A program made the position numbers and the translations under genes. The notes below the pieces were generated by a model. That model worked only from the letters and a program-made list of their open reading frames with translations, was not told the DNA's origin and did no database searches. This document shows, in pieces, positions 49,615-62,829 of a stretch of DNA of 64,000 nucleotides. The stretch is from Moniliella sp. 'wahieum' (Eukaryota). Location: assembly GCA_003971905.1 (NCBI GenBank), contig RSEE01000012.1, positions 186,001 to 250,000 of the forward strand, in the 5' to 3' direction. Position 1 is the first letter of the stretch, and each line of letters begins with the position of its first letter.

Positions 49615-52084
49615 ATGAACGGGCGTAGTAGCTTGCAGACGTTGCCGGCCGAAGTGCTGCTGCAGATTGTTACCTCTCCTCCATTCTGGGCCGCAAGACC
49701 TGGCCGTTTAAGCCAAACCTGCAAGGGTACGTTTTACGCCGCTCCTCTCTCCCGCCGCTACCTCCTTCATGTCCCGATCCTCCTACCCACCCTGTCGTCT
49801 TTACTAACCATCCGCAACCATGGATACCTCTCACTCTCTACATCTATACCTTTATTCGTATTCCACCTTCCTTTTTCCCTCTTGGACACCTGATGGCCAG
49901 TGTTGCATGGCTTGCTCTGCGACCCGCTCATTTGGCATGCACAAGCACAACGTGCACGCCTTGTCCCGTTGCACACCAAGGTCAACCACGAACTTCCCCG
50001 TATGCTTTTTGGACGTGCGCCGCCGCCCCTCACTTGGGCTCACCTCGTGGTCCAAGCCGAGCTATTGGAGCACCAATTCGGATGGACGATTCATGGGGAA
50101 CCGAGACGGTCGCGGGCCAACATTCCTCTTGCTCACGCCTGCCTTGCCTCGGTGTCGCTGGCGTGGGGCGACGAGGTGCTGGCGCTGGCACCGGACCAGA
50201 GGGGCGTGTTGGTATGGCGGACCGATCGACGGCGGCGGGTGGTGTTGGTAGACGAAGACAGTGGGAGGGCGCTGTGGTCCTATGCGCCCTCGCGGTGGAC
50301 TGAGCCGTCGTCCGGGGTGCACACTTCGTTGGGTGCGGTGGTGCGCGGAGACTGGGCCGTGCTCGGATGGGAATGTACGTGTGTCCCGTGTCCTTCTTGG
50401 GAGAAATTCGAGAGGGGCGCACGTCACTTGTCACATTAAGTGTACTGAGGATACTGATCATCTTGTTGTCGTTTTGCACAACAGGGGTGGACTTCCCGGC
50501 TCAGCGGAACGAACGCTGGCTGTCGATTCATCACGCCGAGCACGGTGGTACGGCGGCAAGTCGTAATGGAACGGGAAGCCAGTTTACATGGAAGTTCGAT
50601 GTCGAGTTACCTTTGACCAAACAAGTTCCCCAGCTGTCACTCGACTTGCCTTGGCTTTACATTCTGTACGCTCCCCCCACGCCCGAAGTTATACTTTTTG
50701 CTGGCTTGCTGTGGTTTGCACGCTACTAACTTTCCTGGCGATTTCCTGCCGTGCCCTTAGCGACGCCGGGCGCCACGTTCTTTCCCGTGTGAACCTTGAA
50801 ACAGGGGAAACCACACAGTGTGCAATTTCGCTTCCTCTTGCTCTTCCTGTGCCACACCTGGCACCCACGGTGACCCCGCTGAACGGGCAGCCTCGAGCAT
50901 CCGGGCTGACCCAGCACCTGCTCCCCAACGACGGCCCGCTTTCTCTTTGTCCCACGTCGGACGGAAGAGACTATGCGATTGTAGACCTGCAGCACGGCTC
51001 TGTCGTCCCGTCCTTGGTACACGTACTAAGCACCTACGATCTCCCGAGTTTACCGGTTCGCGTTGGTGGTCCTACTCCACCCCATGATCAACTGGATTCC
51101 AAGTGCTCCCAAGCCAGGCCTGGGGCCAAGGTACGTTGCGTATAATGTCACATGGCACACCTCAGTCGCGTGTTGGAGCCGAGAGCGGAGACTGATTCAA
51201 TGGGTGGGTTTTCTGGCATGCGTTGCGTTGCGTTGCGTTTGTGTGTGGTGATGTTTGCGGGAACCTTTTGCATGGGACAGTTCCGGATCAGCCTGTCGGC
51301 CCAGCTGCGCACGTTGTCCCTCTGCGCCGCGACCCACACCCTGATTCTGCACATTCACACTGAGGGGGAAGGGGACCAGCTGGTTCTGATTGGTGCGTAC
51401 CCGGCCCTACCCGTCCGTTCTTTCCCTTGGCGTCGAGTTCGTGCTTCTCGCCCGTTGTAGGCACAGCTGAAGCGCCCAACGAGGAGAGAGTGCGGGGGAC
51501 AGGACACCTACCCCCTCATTGGCCTTGCGCGCATGAGGACGCGTGGATGGGACACTTGGCTCTGCCCGAAGCGCCGTTCCGTTCCTGCTTGCCTCTTGTT
51601 ATCTCTCCGACGGTAGGTCGGGCATTTGTCTTCCTGCCCTCTCAGCGGACAAAGCGACGATAGGCCAAGCGTTTGTGATCGATTGGAAGTATGCCCAGCC
51701 GAACGGCCAACAGAGCCAAGCCGTGCGCGTTACTGCGCTTTCGATCGGGCCTTTGGCTCCAGCTCAGCTGCCATCGGCGAGCCAGAACCATGGAGCGCGG
51801 CACGACGCAGTCGGAGTGCCGATGCGTTCTCCCCGTCGGGCCAGAAGCGGGAAACGGCGATGGTTGCGTGTGCTATGGGGCCGACCGGGGCGAGCCTGGT
51901 CCTGGACCCGGCACAAGAATTGGGAGGGAGGACGGGAAGACAGATGAGCCGGACAACCAACAGGCCATCGCCGTGCCAAGTGCGGTTGACTTGGTCCTGG
52001 CGCCTTGGGGGAGGAGGGAGGGAGGTGACCGACCAGAGGGCGCTGGAGCGTAGATACGAACATGGCAGAAGAAACTATATCTGA
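49615..52084 (+). CDS. F-box-like domain protein, multi-exon; 3' end approximate
   Basis: N-terminal LQTLPAEVLLQI...LSQTCK|intron...CDPLIW; several GTACGT donor sites. Confidence 0.55.
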
Positions 52085-52178
52085 TGGTTTTTGCAATCAA
52101 GAGCGCGATCTCTCAGCGCTCCCACTTGTGAGGGGAGGGAGGAAGGTAGTGCGAGTGGGTTATGCTGGAGGAGTAGAA

Positions 52179-52517
52179 ACGCGTCAGGTAGGGCCGGAGA
52201 TAAGCGCCAAGGTCCATGTCGGCTACGATGGGAGAGGGGGATGGAGATGATGGAGGATGGATGATGGCTGGCGCGTGGGCGAGGGGCTGCGATGGCCGAT
52301 GGCGTAGCGAGCAAGGCAGTGCCGAGGGGCGACGCGTTGCGGATTGGCGTGGGATGGGCGAGGGGCGGGTATGCGTGCTGGGGCGTGCTGGTGCTGCTGT
52401 GCGCCGCCGGCCGAGACGCGTCGCGGGTCGCCGCCGAACGCGCGTCGGAGGCAGGCAGGGGGGCAGTGGTGGAAACTGTGTGTCCACGCGCTGGCGACCG
52501 GGCGTCGGAGGACGCGT
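52179..52517. promoter_or_regulatory. Cluster of MCB-like elements (ACGCGT) upstream of RNR1
   Basis: ACGCGT at 52179, 52332, 52416 and 52512. Confidence 0.6.
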
Positions 52518-52725
52518 GATGGACGTGATGGGTGCTGCACACTGGCCTGGTGCGGCCGGGCGGCGTCCGCAGCGTGTTTGGTGGCCGAAGCGCGGCTGGT
52601 TTTAAGGCGCGTCGCGTGCCAGCCATGCCTTTTCCTTCCTCCTCCCACCACCACCCGCTCCCCCATCTCATCCGGGCACCCACCTTCCTCGCCCCGCCCC
52701 TCCCTCGCTGCTGCCCCGACGCACG

Positions 52726-55374
52726 ATGCTTTACGTGTACAAGCGCGGTGTGTACCCTTCCCATCTCTTGCGTTCGCTGCCGCGCACTCGCTTTCCATCC
52801 CGGCGGCCTGCTGACGCGCCCCCTCCCCCTCCAGACGGCCGCAAGGAGTCGGTCAAGTTCGACAAGGTCACCGCCCGCATTAGCAAGCTGTGCTACGGCC
52901 TCGATGCCAATTACGTCGACCCCATCGAGATTACCCGGCGCGTCATCGAGGGCATCTACGACGGCGTGACCACTGTCGAACTGGACAACCTCGCCGCCGA
53001 GACGGCCGCGTACAAGACCACGACCCACCCCGACTATGCTGTCTTGGCTGCGCGCATTGCGATTTCCAACCTGCACAGGAGACCAAGAAGCACTTTAGCG
53101 CGGTTATCCAAGACCTCTATGAGTACATCAACCCCAAGACCGGCAAGCGCTCGCCCATGATCTCTGACGAGACCTACCAAGCCGTGATGGCCAACAAGGA
53201 CCAGCTCGACGGCGCCATCATCTTTGAGCGTGACTTTCACTACAACTTTTTTGGATTCAAGACGCTCGAGCGCTCGTACCTTCTCCGCATCAATGGCAAG
53301 GTCGCCGAGCGGCCGCAACATATGCTGATGCGCGTCGCCGTCGGCATCCACGGCACCGACATTGATGCAGCGATCGAGACGTACAATCTCATGTCTCAGC
53401 GCTACTTTACCCATGCTTCCCTACCCTTTTCAATGCCGGCACGCCGCATCCCCAGATGGCCTCCTGTTTCCTCGTGGCGATGAAGGACGACTCGATTGAG
53501 GGAATTTACGACACGCTCAAGACGTGCGCCATGATCTCCAAGACGGCTGCGGGATTGGGTTGCACATCCATAACATTCGTGGTACCGGATCGTACATTGC
53601 CGGCACCAATGGCGTCAGCAACGGTATTGTGCCCATGCTTCGTGTGTTTAACAACACTGCTCGCTACGTCGACCAAGGTGGCAACAAACGTCCTGGCGCG
53701 TTTGCCATCTATGCTGAACCCTGGCACTCGGACATTTTCGAGTTTGTCGAGCTGCGCAAGACGCATGGTAAGGAAGATTCCGTGCGCGCGAGCTTTTCTA
53801 CGCACTTTGGATCCCCGACTTGTTCATGAAGCGCGTCCAGGCCAATGGGGAGTGGTCACTGATGTGCCCGAACGAGTGCCCTGGGTTGTCGGATGTGTAT
53901 GGAGACGAGTTTGAAGCATTGTACGAGCGGTACGAGCGCGAGGGCCGGGCCAAGCGGACAGTCAAGGCACAAAAGCTGTGGTATGCCATTCTGGAGGCCC
54001 AGACCGAGACGGCAATCCGTTTATGCTCTACAAGGACGCAGCCAACCGCAAGTCCAACCAGAAGAACCTCGGCACCATCAAGAGCTCCAACTCTGCACGG
54101 AGATTATGGAGTACAGCGCGCCCGACGAAGTGGCCGTGTGCAACCTCGCTTCCATTGCGCTTCCTACGTTTATCGATCAGGAGACCAAGACGTACGATTT
54201 TGCCAAGTTGCACGAGGTGTCCAAGGTTCTTACCTCCAACCTAAACAAGATCATCGATGGCAACTACTACCCCGTCGAGGAGGCCAGGCGGTCCAAATGC
54301 GCCACCGGCCGATAGGGATTGGAGTGCAAGGTCTGGCCGATGCGTTCCAGATCCGGGGATGCCGTTTGACAGTCCGAGGCACGCAAGCTCAACGTGGACA
54401 TTTTCGAAACGATCTACCATGCCGCCTTGGAACGTTCGAGCGAGATTGCGGCCGAGCTAGGGCCGTACGAGACGTATGCTGGCTCCCCGGTCTCGCAGGG
54501 CGAACTGCAGTATGACATGTGGGGTGTCCACTCCGTCGAAGCGGTGGGACTGGGCCGGTTTGAAGGCCAAGATTGCGCAACACGGTGTGCGCAACTCGCT
54601 CTTGCTGGCACCTATGCCCACTGCCTCGACCTCCCAAATCCTCGGGTTCAACGAATGCTTTGAGCCGTACACGTCCAACATTTACTCACGTCGTGTGTTG
54701 GCGGGCGACTTTCAGGTGGTCAACCCGTGGCTGCTGCGGCAGCTCGTCGAGGCTGGCTTGTGGGATGAGACGATGAAGAACCGGATCATTGCGCATGGCG
54801 GCTCGATCCAAGGCGTGGATGGCATCCCGGCTCACATCAAGGCCTTGTACAAGACAGTGTGGGAAATCTCGCAAAAGGCCATTATCGATATGGCAGCAGA
54901 CCGGGGCGCGTTCATTTGCCAATCGCAAAGCATGAACTTGCACTTGCAAGCACCTACTTTTGGCCAGCTCACTTCGATGCATTTTACGCATGGAAAAAGG
55001 GACTCAAGACCGGAGCCTATTACCTCCGCACCGCCCGGCCGCCAACGCGATCCAGTTCACGGTGAGCCAAGAAGAACAGAACTTGGCCAAGGCCAAGGCC
55101 AAGGAGAAGAACGGGCGGCCCAAAAGGCCAAGCAGGCGGCTCAGAAGAGTGTTGCGGATGTGGCCAAGCTCGGCGACGATGCGACGGGCGGGCTGGCGAG
55201 TGTAGCCGCTGCGCCTGCCCGGCGCCAGAAGCACCGTTGAACGCCAGTGAGGACCCGAGTCAGGACCCCGGCTTCCTTGCTGCGCTGGCACGGCAGAAGC
55301 AGCGCCAACTCGAGGCGGAGAAGTTGGCGTGCAGCTTGGAGAACCCGGGCGCATGCACCATGTGCTCGGGCTAA
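52726..55374 (+). CDS. RNR1: Ribonucleotide reductase large subunit; intron 52748-52834
   Basis: ATP cone ([15 protein letters not shown]), [41 protein letters not shown]-terminal ACTMCSG*. Confidence 0.98.
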
Positions 55375-55976
55375 GCCGCTCGGCTGAGAGTCTCTGCGGT
55401 AGCGTCAGCCTGAGCGTTCAGGCTGCGCCGACTTGGTGCTGCAGTGGCTGTGTGGCACGCCGCAGGAAATGGGGAGGTGCGGGGATGCGTACTCCGATCC
55501 CCCCGTCGTCCGACGTGCCCGCTGTTCTCTCGCCTGTGTTTCTGTTTATTTTGTTTTGCCCCGTTCCATAGCCGCTGCTTTGCTTGTATTCGATCGCCCC
55601 TTCTCTTTTGCTGGTGCCGTGCAGATCGATAGACGTGCCCGACGAGGCTGAGAGTGGCAGGCTGTGGTTGAGGGTTGGATGTGGAGGCCTGAGGGCTGCG
55701 TGCGTGACTCGTCAGAGACTATTAGTGCTGGTGATAGGTGACTGAAGACGCGGTGAAATCCGAGGCGCGACGCGAAATTTAAATGACGGAAGGACGCGTC
55801 CAAAACACGTCGCGCTGAGCCACGGCGTGTGGCGGCGGGCGGAAGCATGGCGGCAGGGACGAGTGACGAGTGACCGGTGACCCGTGAGCATTCGTGGACA
55901 GCCAGCCCACCCTCCACTGGCAAAAAAATAGATGCTGCGGCCTCCACCCCCCCCCCACCCCCCGCTCGCCATCCCC

Positions 55977-58900
55977 ATGGCCGATGTGTACGAGCTGGCA
56001 CGCGCCGCTCTGGAGCGTCCCCGCGAGGTCGCGCTCTACAGCCGCCTCGTCACCAACACCCTCCGCCGCCTTCGCACGCACCGCAGCACCGACCCCAACC
56101 CCAACCCCGACGCTTTCCTCCACCTCTTTTGCCACCACAGCATCTTTGCCGACTGCGCTGCGTTGGATTCCGTGTCGTCGCACCCATCCAGCGACACGGA
56201 GAAGCAGGAAATGCCGCCATACGCCGTCATCCAGTCTGCCATGCTCCGTATCTTTTCGTTCAAGGACAAGGAGGAGACGCTCGAGTGGATCCGGATGCTG
56301 TGGCAGTGCATCTTTGCTTGTCCGCACTGCTACCGCGGCTACCTATCCGGACGCAGCTTGCTCTACACTTCGTGCGTTCTTTTGCCCCTTGTCCTCCCCC
56401 CCCCCCCCCCCTTTCTGGCATGCTGACCTCCCCATACCATTGACCATGGCAGGCTGTCCAAGACGTATCCAGCCAAAAACATTGGTGACCTCCTCAACTT
56501 TATCGATCGCTCGGAACAGGTCGCCATCCTTGCCCGTCTTGTCGCAGCTGGGGTACTGGAGCCCGTGATTGACGTTGAGGCGGAAGCGGCGAGCAAGCAG
56601 TACCGCCCTCGGACTCGCCACCCCCTCCACCCCTCGGCCAAGCCTTGAGCTCCGCCGAGGCGTTGGCGTTGTGCCAGATGCTGGGTGTGCCCGCGGCCAG
56701 CGAACTGCGGCATGCTCTTGCCCTCCTGTTGGAAGCGGACCCAGATGCGCATGTACTCCCTGCATCGCATGTAGCCTGCGCGCCGGGCTTGGTTGCTCTA
56801 CTGGCTGATGCCAACCCTGTGCTGCAACGCTGGGCCGAACAGTGCCTGAAACAGCTTCCTCTTCCGCCCAAGCTCCAGCTCCATTCCCATCCCAAAGCGC
56901 AACCCACATCCTCTCCGCCCACCTCGGACATTCCCTTGGACTTGGACGATCCGGACGCATGGCAAGAAGGTGGCGACACGCTTCGCTGGCAACAGACCTT
57001 TCGACCTTGGTCCGAATCACTTTCGGACCCTACAACGCTACTGGAGCACAAGGTGGCTCTGTGGCATCATCTTACTCTCCTCCTCTCTCGCGCCTACGGC
57101 AGTGGTGCGATTGGCCGTTCCTCTCTTTTTCCCGGCTACTCTGCAATGCCTCAGTGACTCGGCGCTCTACTTTCCCGATGTGCTTCAGACCTACACCCTT
57201 ACCCTCCAGCAGCTCGGCCCCAGCGTCTGGTCCGACCGCAACGACGATCCCGAGTACCCTTCTGTCGTGCTTTCTTCCCTGCTGGACAACCGTCAGCTCA
57301 CTGCGCTGCTCCAACAGTCCGGCAAGGAACCTTGGACATGGGCCTGGGCATCCGCTCACCTCCACTCTCTCCCACCGGGCCAAACCCAGTTTGCTACCGC
57401 GATCAAGACGTTGGCCCAGTGGATCTTTGAAGCCATGCAGCTTCCCTCCATTTCGGACCCACTCAAGACCTGGGCCATCGAGCATGGCTCGGACTTGTTC
57501 TTGGCCTGCTTCGCCACCTCCGCTTCGGATCCTTCCGCTCGCCAAGGCCAAGGGCACCAAGAAGAATCGGCAGCGGTCGCACAGGCCTTGACTTTGCACG
57601 CCTCTGCTTGGTCTCTGTCGGGTTGCATGGCCGTCTTCCCAATGCCACAACTCACGTTGCCTTGAGCAGTACCGCGAGCCAGTCGTGTCGCCACCTCTTG
57701 TCTCGCCTTTTGCTGTTTGATGCGTGCCAGGTTCGCGACGCCGCCGTCCTGGACCTGGCCAAGATCCTCCAAGCCCACCTGAGCAAATGGAAACGCCGTC
57801 CCAAGCTCAAGTCCACCCCGGACCAAGTTGATGCATCCGGCAAGGTGACCAAGTCATCCAAGGAGATTGTCGCGGAGGCAGCCAAGGCACTGATGCGCTG
57901 CGGCACAGCAAACTTACCCCCAACCACATGTAACAAGAAGCGTATGGGAAGCATGTTACGCTGCGGTCCACACACCTTCTGCTGCCAGGGCTGCCTTTGC
58001 TCTGTTGGCCCCACCTCTCTGTGCAGTAGCGGCCATCATGGAGCCCACGCCGACCTGCTCAACTTTACCCAAGGAGAGGCAGATTATGACCCCGCCGAGT
58101 TCCACACGTACAAAGTGGTCGTTCGTCGCTCCATTCGTGCCATCAGCCAAGCTCTGGACGATATGCGTGGACCGACACAAGAATTGCTGCAGGAACTGGC
58201 CACAGGTTTGTCGGAATCGGATCTGAACTTACTGTGCGCACAACACGCAGGCCTTGGTCCAACTCAACCTGAGCCCGGAAGTGTCGACGCACATTGGGGC
58301 CCAGAACATGGTGCGGGCAGGATTTGAAGATGTGGCGGAGCGGAGCGACTGTTTTCGGGCGCTCTTTGTGCTGAGTCCTGCCGATGCGTTGAGTGGACTG
58401 GAACGTTCCTGATATCCTTTGTGGATGTGGCGGATCGGTCGATGGAGGCCAACAAGCTTGCCGAATGGACGGTACGCAGCTTGGCGGACATTCTCGACGT
58501 CTTGACCAACATCCGGGACGGTCTGTTGCGTCCTGGCACACCCCACTCCCTCCTGTCCGACCCAGCGACCAAGGCGATCGTTTCGCGCCATCTGCCTCAA
58601 ACTGGACCCTGATGGCCCGGTCACTGGCTGTGATCTTTGAGCGCACAGCACTTTGGTCCCAGCTGCTCAACCGAGAGGCCATGGTAGTTTGGTTCCGCGA
58701 CGTGAACTTGTTTGCCATTGAGATGGTCCAGCAATTGCAGACGATCCAAGATGCCGCCGCGCTCAGCCTTCCTGCCTTATCCCCCGATCAATTCGCGCTC
58801 GCCATGGTCTCGCCCCTGCAAAAGGCCGTTCAATGGCTTCGGCTCAACGACAGCGAAATCATGCACGAGACACTCTCCTTTGTCCAACAGGCTGCTCATC

Positions 58901-61900
58901 TTTTCTCCCGACCTGCCCTTGCCGGCATCCGCGAAGGCCGGATGCTTCATTGGGTCAATGGCCAGATGGCCGTCAAGGACGCAAGCAAGCGCTTCACTCT
59001 CCTCACGATCGATCAACTTGCTGCACTCAAGTATCAGATCGATGTGGGTCGTGTGCCAGAACGTGTGGAACCGGAGCAAGAGGAGGAAGAGGAGGAAGAC
59101 AATAGTGTGCAGCTCATCTCGGCTCCCGAAGCGAAACGCAAACGGGCAGAGGTCGTTGCGCCTACCAAAACCAGCTCTGTGACCTCCAATCAAACTCAAA
59201 AGACGTCCAAGACGTCAGTTGGTGGGACAAGGCAGTGAGTACGACCAAGGCTGCTTCCTCTCGATCTCCCGCCTCTTCCATCTCCCCCTCCCCTGCGCCT
59301 GAGCGTCGCGTGTCGTCACTGGTGAGCAAACCGGGCAGCAAACAACAAGCTCTCAACTTCTCCCGTGCCTCCGGGCCATTCGCCAAGACCGAAAAGGTCG
59401 AGTTGAACCTAACTCGTCCGCCAGGGGCAGGCCCTTCGGCCACACCAGGGGTGGCGCCCGGACAACCGTTGGGGAAGATGCAACAAATGCGTCAGCAATT
59501 TCGTGCTACGCATGGTCGTCCCGTCTCTAACACGGCGCGGCCCATCGCACGAGCCCAGCAGGGCCCGGCATGGGAGGTGCCCGACAAGGCCCTGTTGCCA
59601 CTACCACGGCACCCATGTTGGCCTCTGCCTTGGGCGCCCGTCGACCTCCCACTCACATCAGAAAGCAAGGTCGTGAGAGCGACAGCGACAGTGACAGTGA
59701 CTCCTCCTCCGATGACGATTCCGATGGCGAAGGGAAGGTGCGGCGAGGGATTGCTGCGCTGCGTCAACGCCAACCTGCTGGAGGTGCTGCGCCAGCAGCA
59801 GCTAAGATCAAGATGATTGAAGATGAAGAGGATGCTCGGCGAAAAGAGCAGGAGGAGTTGGAGCGGAAGCGTCGGTTACGCGCCACGCCTGATCTTACTC
59901 TTCTTCATCGGGCCATTCTCAGCTGGGAGCTGTCTTCTGAGGGCGACACACCGCCTCTTGATAAGCCCCCCACTCGGATTCCCAAACGCTTTTCCTCCTC
60001 GAGGGAGTACATGGAAGTGTTCGGACCTCTACTTCAGATGGAGTGCTGGTCCCAACTTCAACAATGCAAGGAACAGTACGACGAGCGGCGCACCGTCACG
60101 GTCGAGATCACTTCCCGCTCGGTGGTGGATGGGTTTGTGGATGTGAATGCCGTGTACACTACCGAATCGCAGAATTCGCAGATCAACCTCAGCGACACGG
60201 ATTTGGTTTTCTTTCGTTCCGAGGCGGATCGGTCCCACGAAGTGCTGGCCAAGGTTCACTCGTACCGCCGCCATCCACGCGGAAACCAAGTTGTCTTCCG
60301 TCTCTTTCTTCGCAACCAGGGCCGCATCAATGCGCGCGAGCTCAACACCGCCATTGCTCCTCGCACGCGCTGGCAAGCAGGCAGCCTCTTTTCCCTGTCC
60401 ACCTTCCATCGCGAGTCGGTGGCGTTACTGATTAGCCAGTACCTTGATCTGCGCCAGGAGATTTACTCGGGCACCGTGGCTCCACATCCCAAGGTGTCCG
60501 CAACTGACTTGGCCCACGCTCAAAAAGTGTATCAATTGAACGAGCCCCAATCGCAGGCCGTGCTGGGTTCGCTTGCTACTCCAGGGTTCTCTCTCATTCA
60601 AGGTCCCCCCGGAACAGGCAAGACCAAAACAATCGTCGCCCTTGTCGCACACTTCCTCTCCGCTCGTCCCCCGGTACCCAAGGTGGATCCCCGCGCGGGC
60701 AAACCTTTGCCGCCACGAGCCAAGATCTTGCTTTGTGCCCCGTCCAATGCGGCTATTGACGAAATTGTCCGTCGTCTCAAGGATGGTGTTCCCGATGGGG
60801 AAGGAAAGGTGGCGCACCCTGTCGTCATTCGGTTGGGCCGAGAAGACAGTATCAACTCGGAGGTTAAAGACGTTTCTTTGGAGGCACTGGTTGAACGTGC
60901 CCTCTCCACTGGTGGGGATGCACAGGGAGACGTGAGCGCACTACGAGAAGAAGTGCGGCAGCTGCAGCAGCAACGGCAACTGCTGCAAGCCGAAATGGAC
61001 GCCTGCAACCAAGCGGGCGACAAGGTCAAAGCCACCGCGGCCCAGACCAAGCTTCGTTCGGTGATGGCCAAGCGGATGACAGTCATGTCTAAGCTGGACG
61101 ATACGCGGGACGCACAGCGTGCGCAAACACGGGAGAGAGATGCTGAGCGCCGTCGCATGCGGGCTCAAATCGTTTTGGGCGCTGATATTGTGTGCTCGAC
61201 CTTGTCGGGTGCCGGACAAGAAACGATCGCGGCGCTCAACATTGACTTTGAGACGGTGGTGATTGACGAAGCCGCCCAGGCAGTGGAGTTGTCGACGTTG
61301 ATCCCGCTTCGGTATGGGTGTAAACGGTGCATTCTCGTGGGTGACCCTCACCAGCTTCCCCCGACGGTCATCTCCAAACCGGCTGAGAAGGCTGGCTATT
61401 CGCAGTCGTTATTTGTTCGGCTCTTTAACCCGTCGAACGTGTACCTTCTTTCGTGCGTACCCCCACCCCCCACTCAACCCGCGGTCTAACCGTCGTGCTT
61501 GTGAGATCCAAACTAACGCCTTCATTCACTCCCTTTCAGAATCCAATACCGTATGCACCCGTCGATCAGCAAATTTCCCTCGGCGTCGTTCTACCAGGGC
61601 AGGCTGGAAGATGGACCGAACATGGCGGCCAAGACCGAGCGTGTGTGGCATGGAGACGGTCACCCCGCCCTTTTTCTTCTTTGACGTACTCGGTTCCGAG
61701 GCCGCTGGCCGATCCCATTCGTTTATCAACCGACAAGAGGCCCAGGTGGCTGTGGCATTGTACCAGCGTCTCCTCCACTTTTCGCCTCACCACGACTTTA
61801 CCCACCGCGTGGTGTGGTGACCTCATACAAGGCCCAGGTGGACGAATTGCGCAGTGCATTTGCAGCCAAGTATGGGTGGGACATTACGACTACTGTTGAC

Positions 61901-62809
61901 TTTGGTACGGTCGATGGGTTCCAAGGCCAAGAGAAGGACATTATCATTCTCTCCCTCGTTCGTTCCTCCAGCATCGGTTTCTTGGCCGATATGCGCCGTA
62001 TGAACGTCGCTTTGACACGTGCTCGTGCTAGTCTGTTCGTGCTGGGCAATGCGAGCAACTTGCGCAAAAACACGACCTGGAGTGCGCTGATTGATGCTGC
62101 CAAGTCCGCGCACTTGATCAAGGCCGTCACTGCCGAAACAATTCGCAACATGCCCATCCAACGCCCCAAGGCGGGCACCAAGCCAGCCACAGCCGTCGCC
62201 CGCCTTTCCGTGGATGTGGCAAAAGTCAATCCGATTGATTCGCCCGAGGTGGAGGATTCCGAGGGCAAACGGCTTCGGCCGCCAAAGGCCCAGAACGGGG
62301 CCAATGAGACCACCAATCATCCTCCGGCTAAAAAATCAAGAAGCGAATCGTCAACATTCCTGAAAGGGGGAAAGCCGGTCCCAAGACCCCATCTGAGCGG
62401 GTGGGTTCCCCCCAGGCCGGTCAGCCTCCTCGCGAGATGCTGCTTCGCCACCTGCCCCTCCTCAGGGTAAATCCGAGGATGCACGCAGAGATTCCAACCC
62501 CCGCCCAAGCATCCACCGGGACCTCTTCTTCCCAAACTTCCCGCCCCAGCCCCATCCAAGACCATCATGATGTTGGACGATGAGGATGTGCCTGTGGCAA
62601 AGAAACCTAAGATGGATGCGGGCGGTGCAGCCCGGGGTGCCCCTTCGATCCCTCGACGAGACGCTGCTCCTCAAAAAGGCCGTGGGAGTGCTGGTCCCGG
62701 TCCCAGTGGATCGGCTGCCGGTCGGCCTGGCGGAGCAGGGCCTGCGCCACCCAGAACCACCGTCTCCAAAGCCGCGCGGGCTGCTATCTTTGCTCCGCGT
62801 CGTCGGTAA
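55977..62809 (+). CDS. SEN1: Sen1/senataxin-like Upf1-family helicase
   Basis: SEN1 N-terminal region (H.F.. and CPHC), LIQGPPGTGKT, CAPSNAAIDE, VIDEAAQ, LVGDPHQLPPT, QYRMHP, TVDGFQGQEKD, RRMNVALTRAR. Confidence 0.95.
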
Positions 62810-62829
62810 GCGATAAAACTCCCAGCGTG

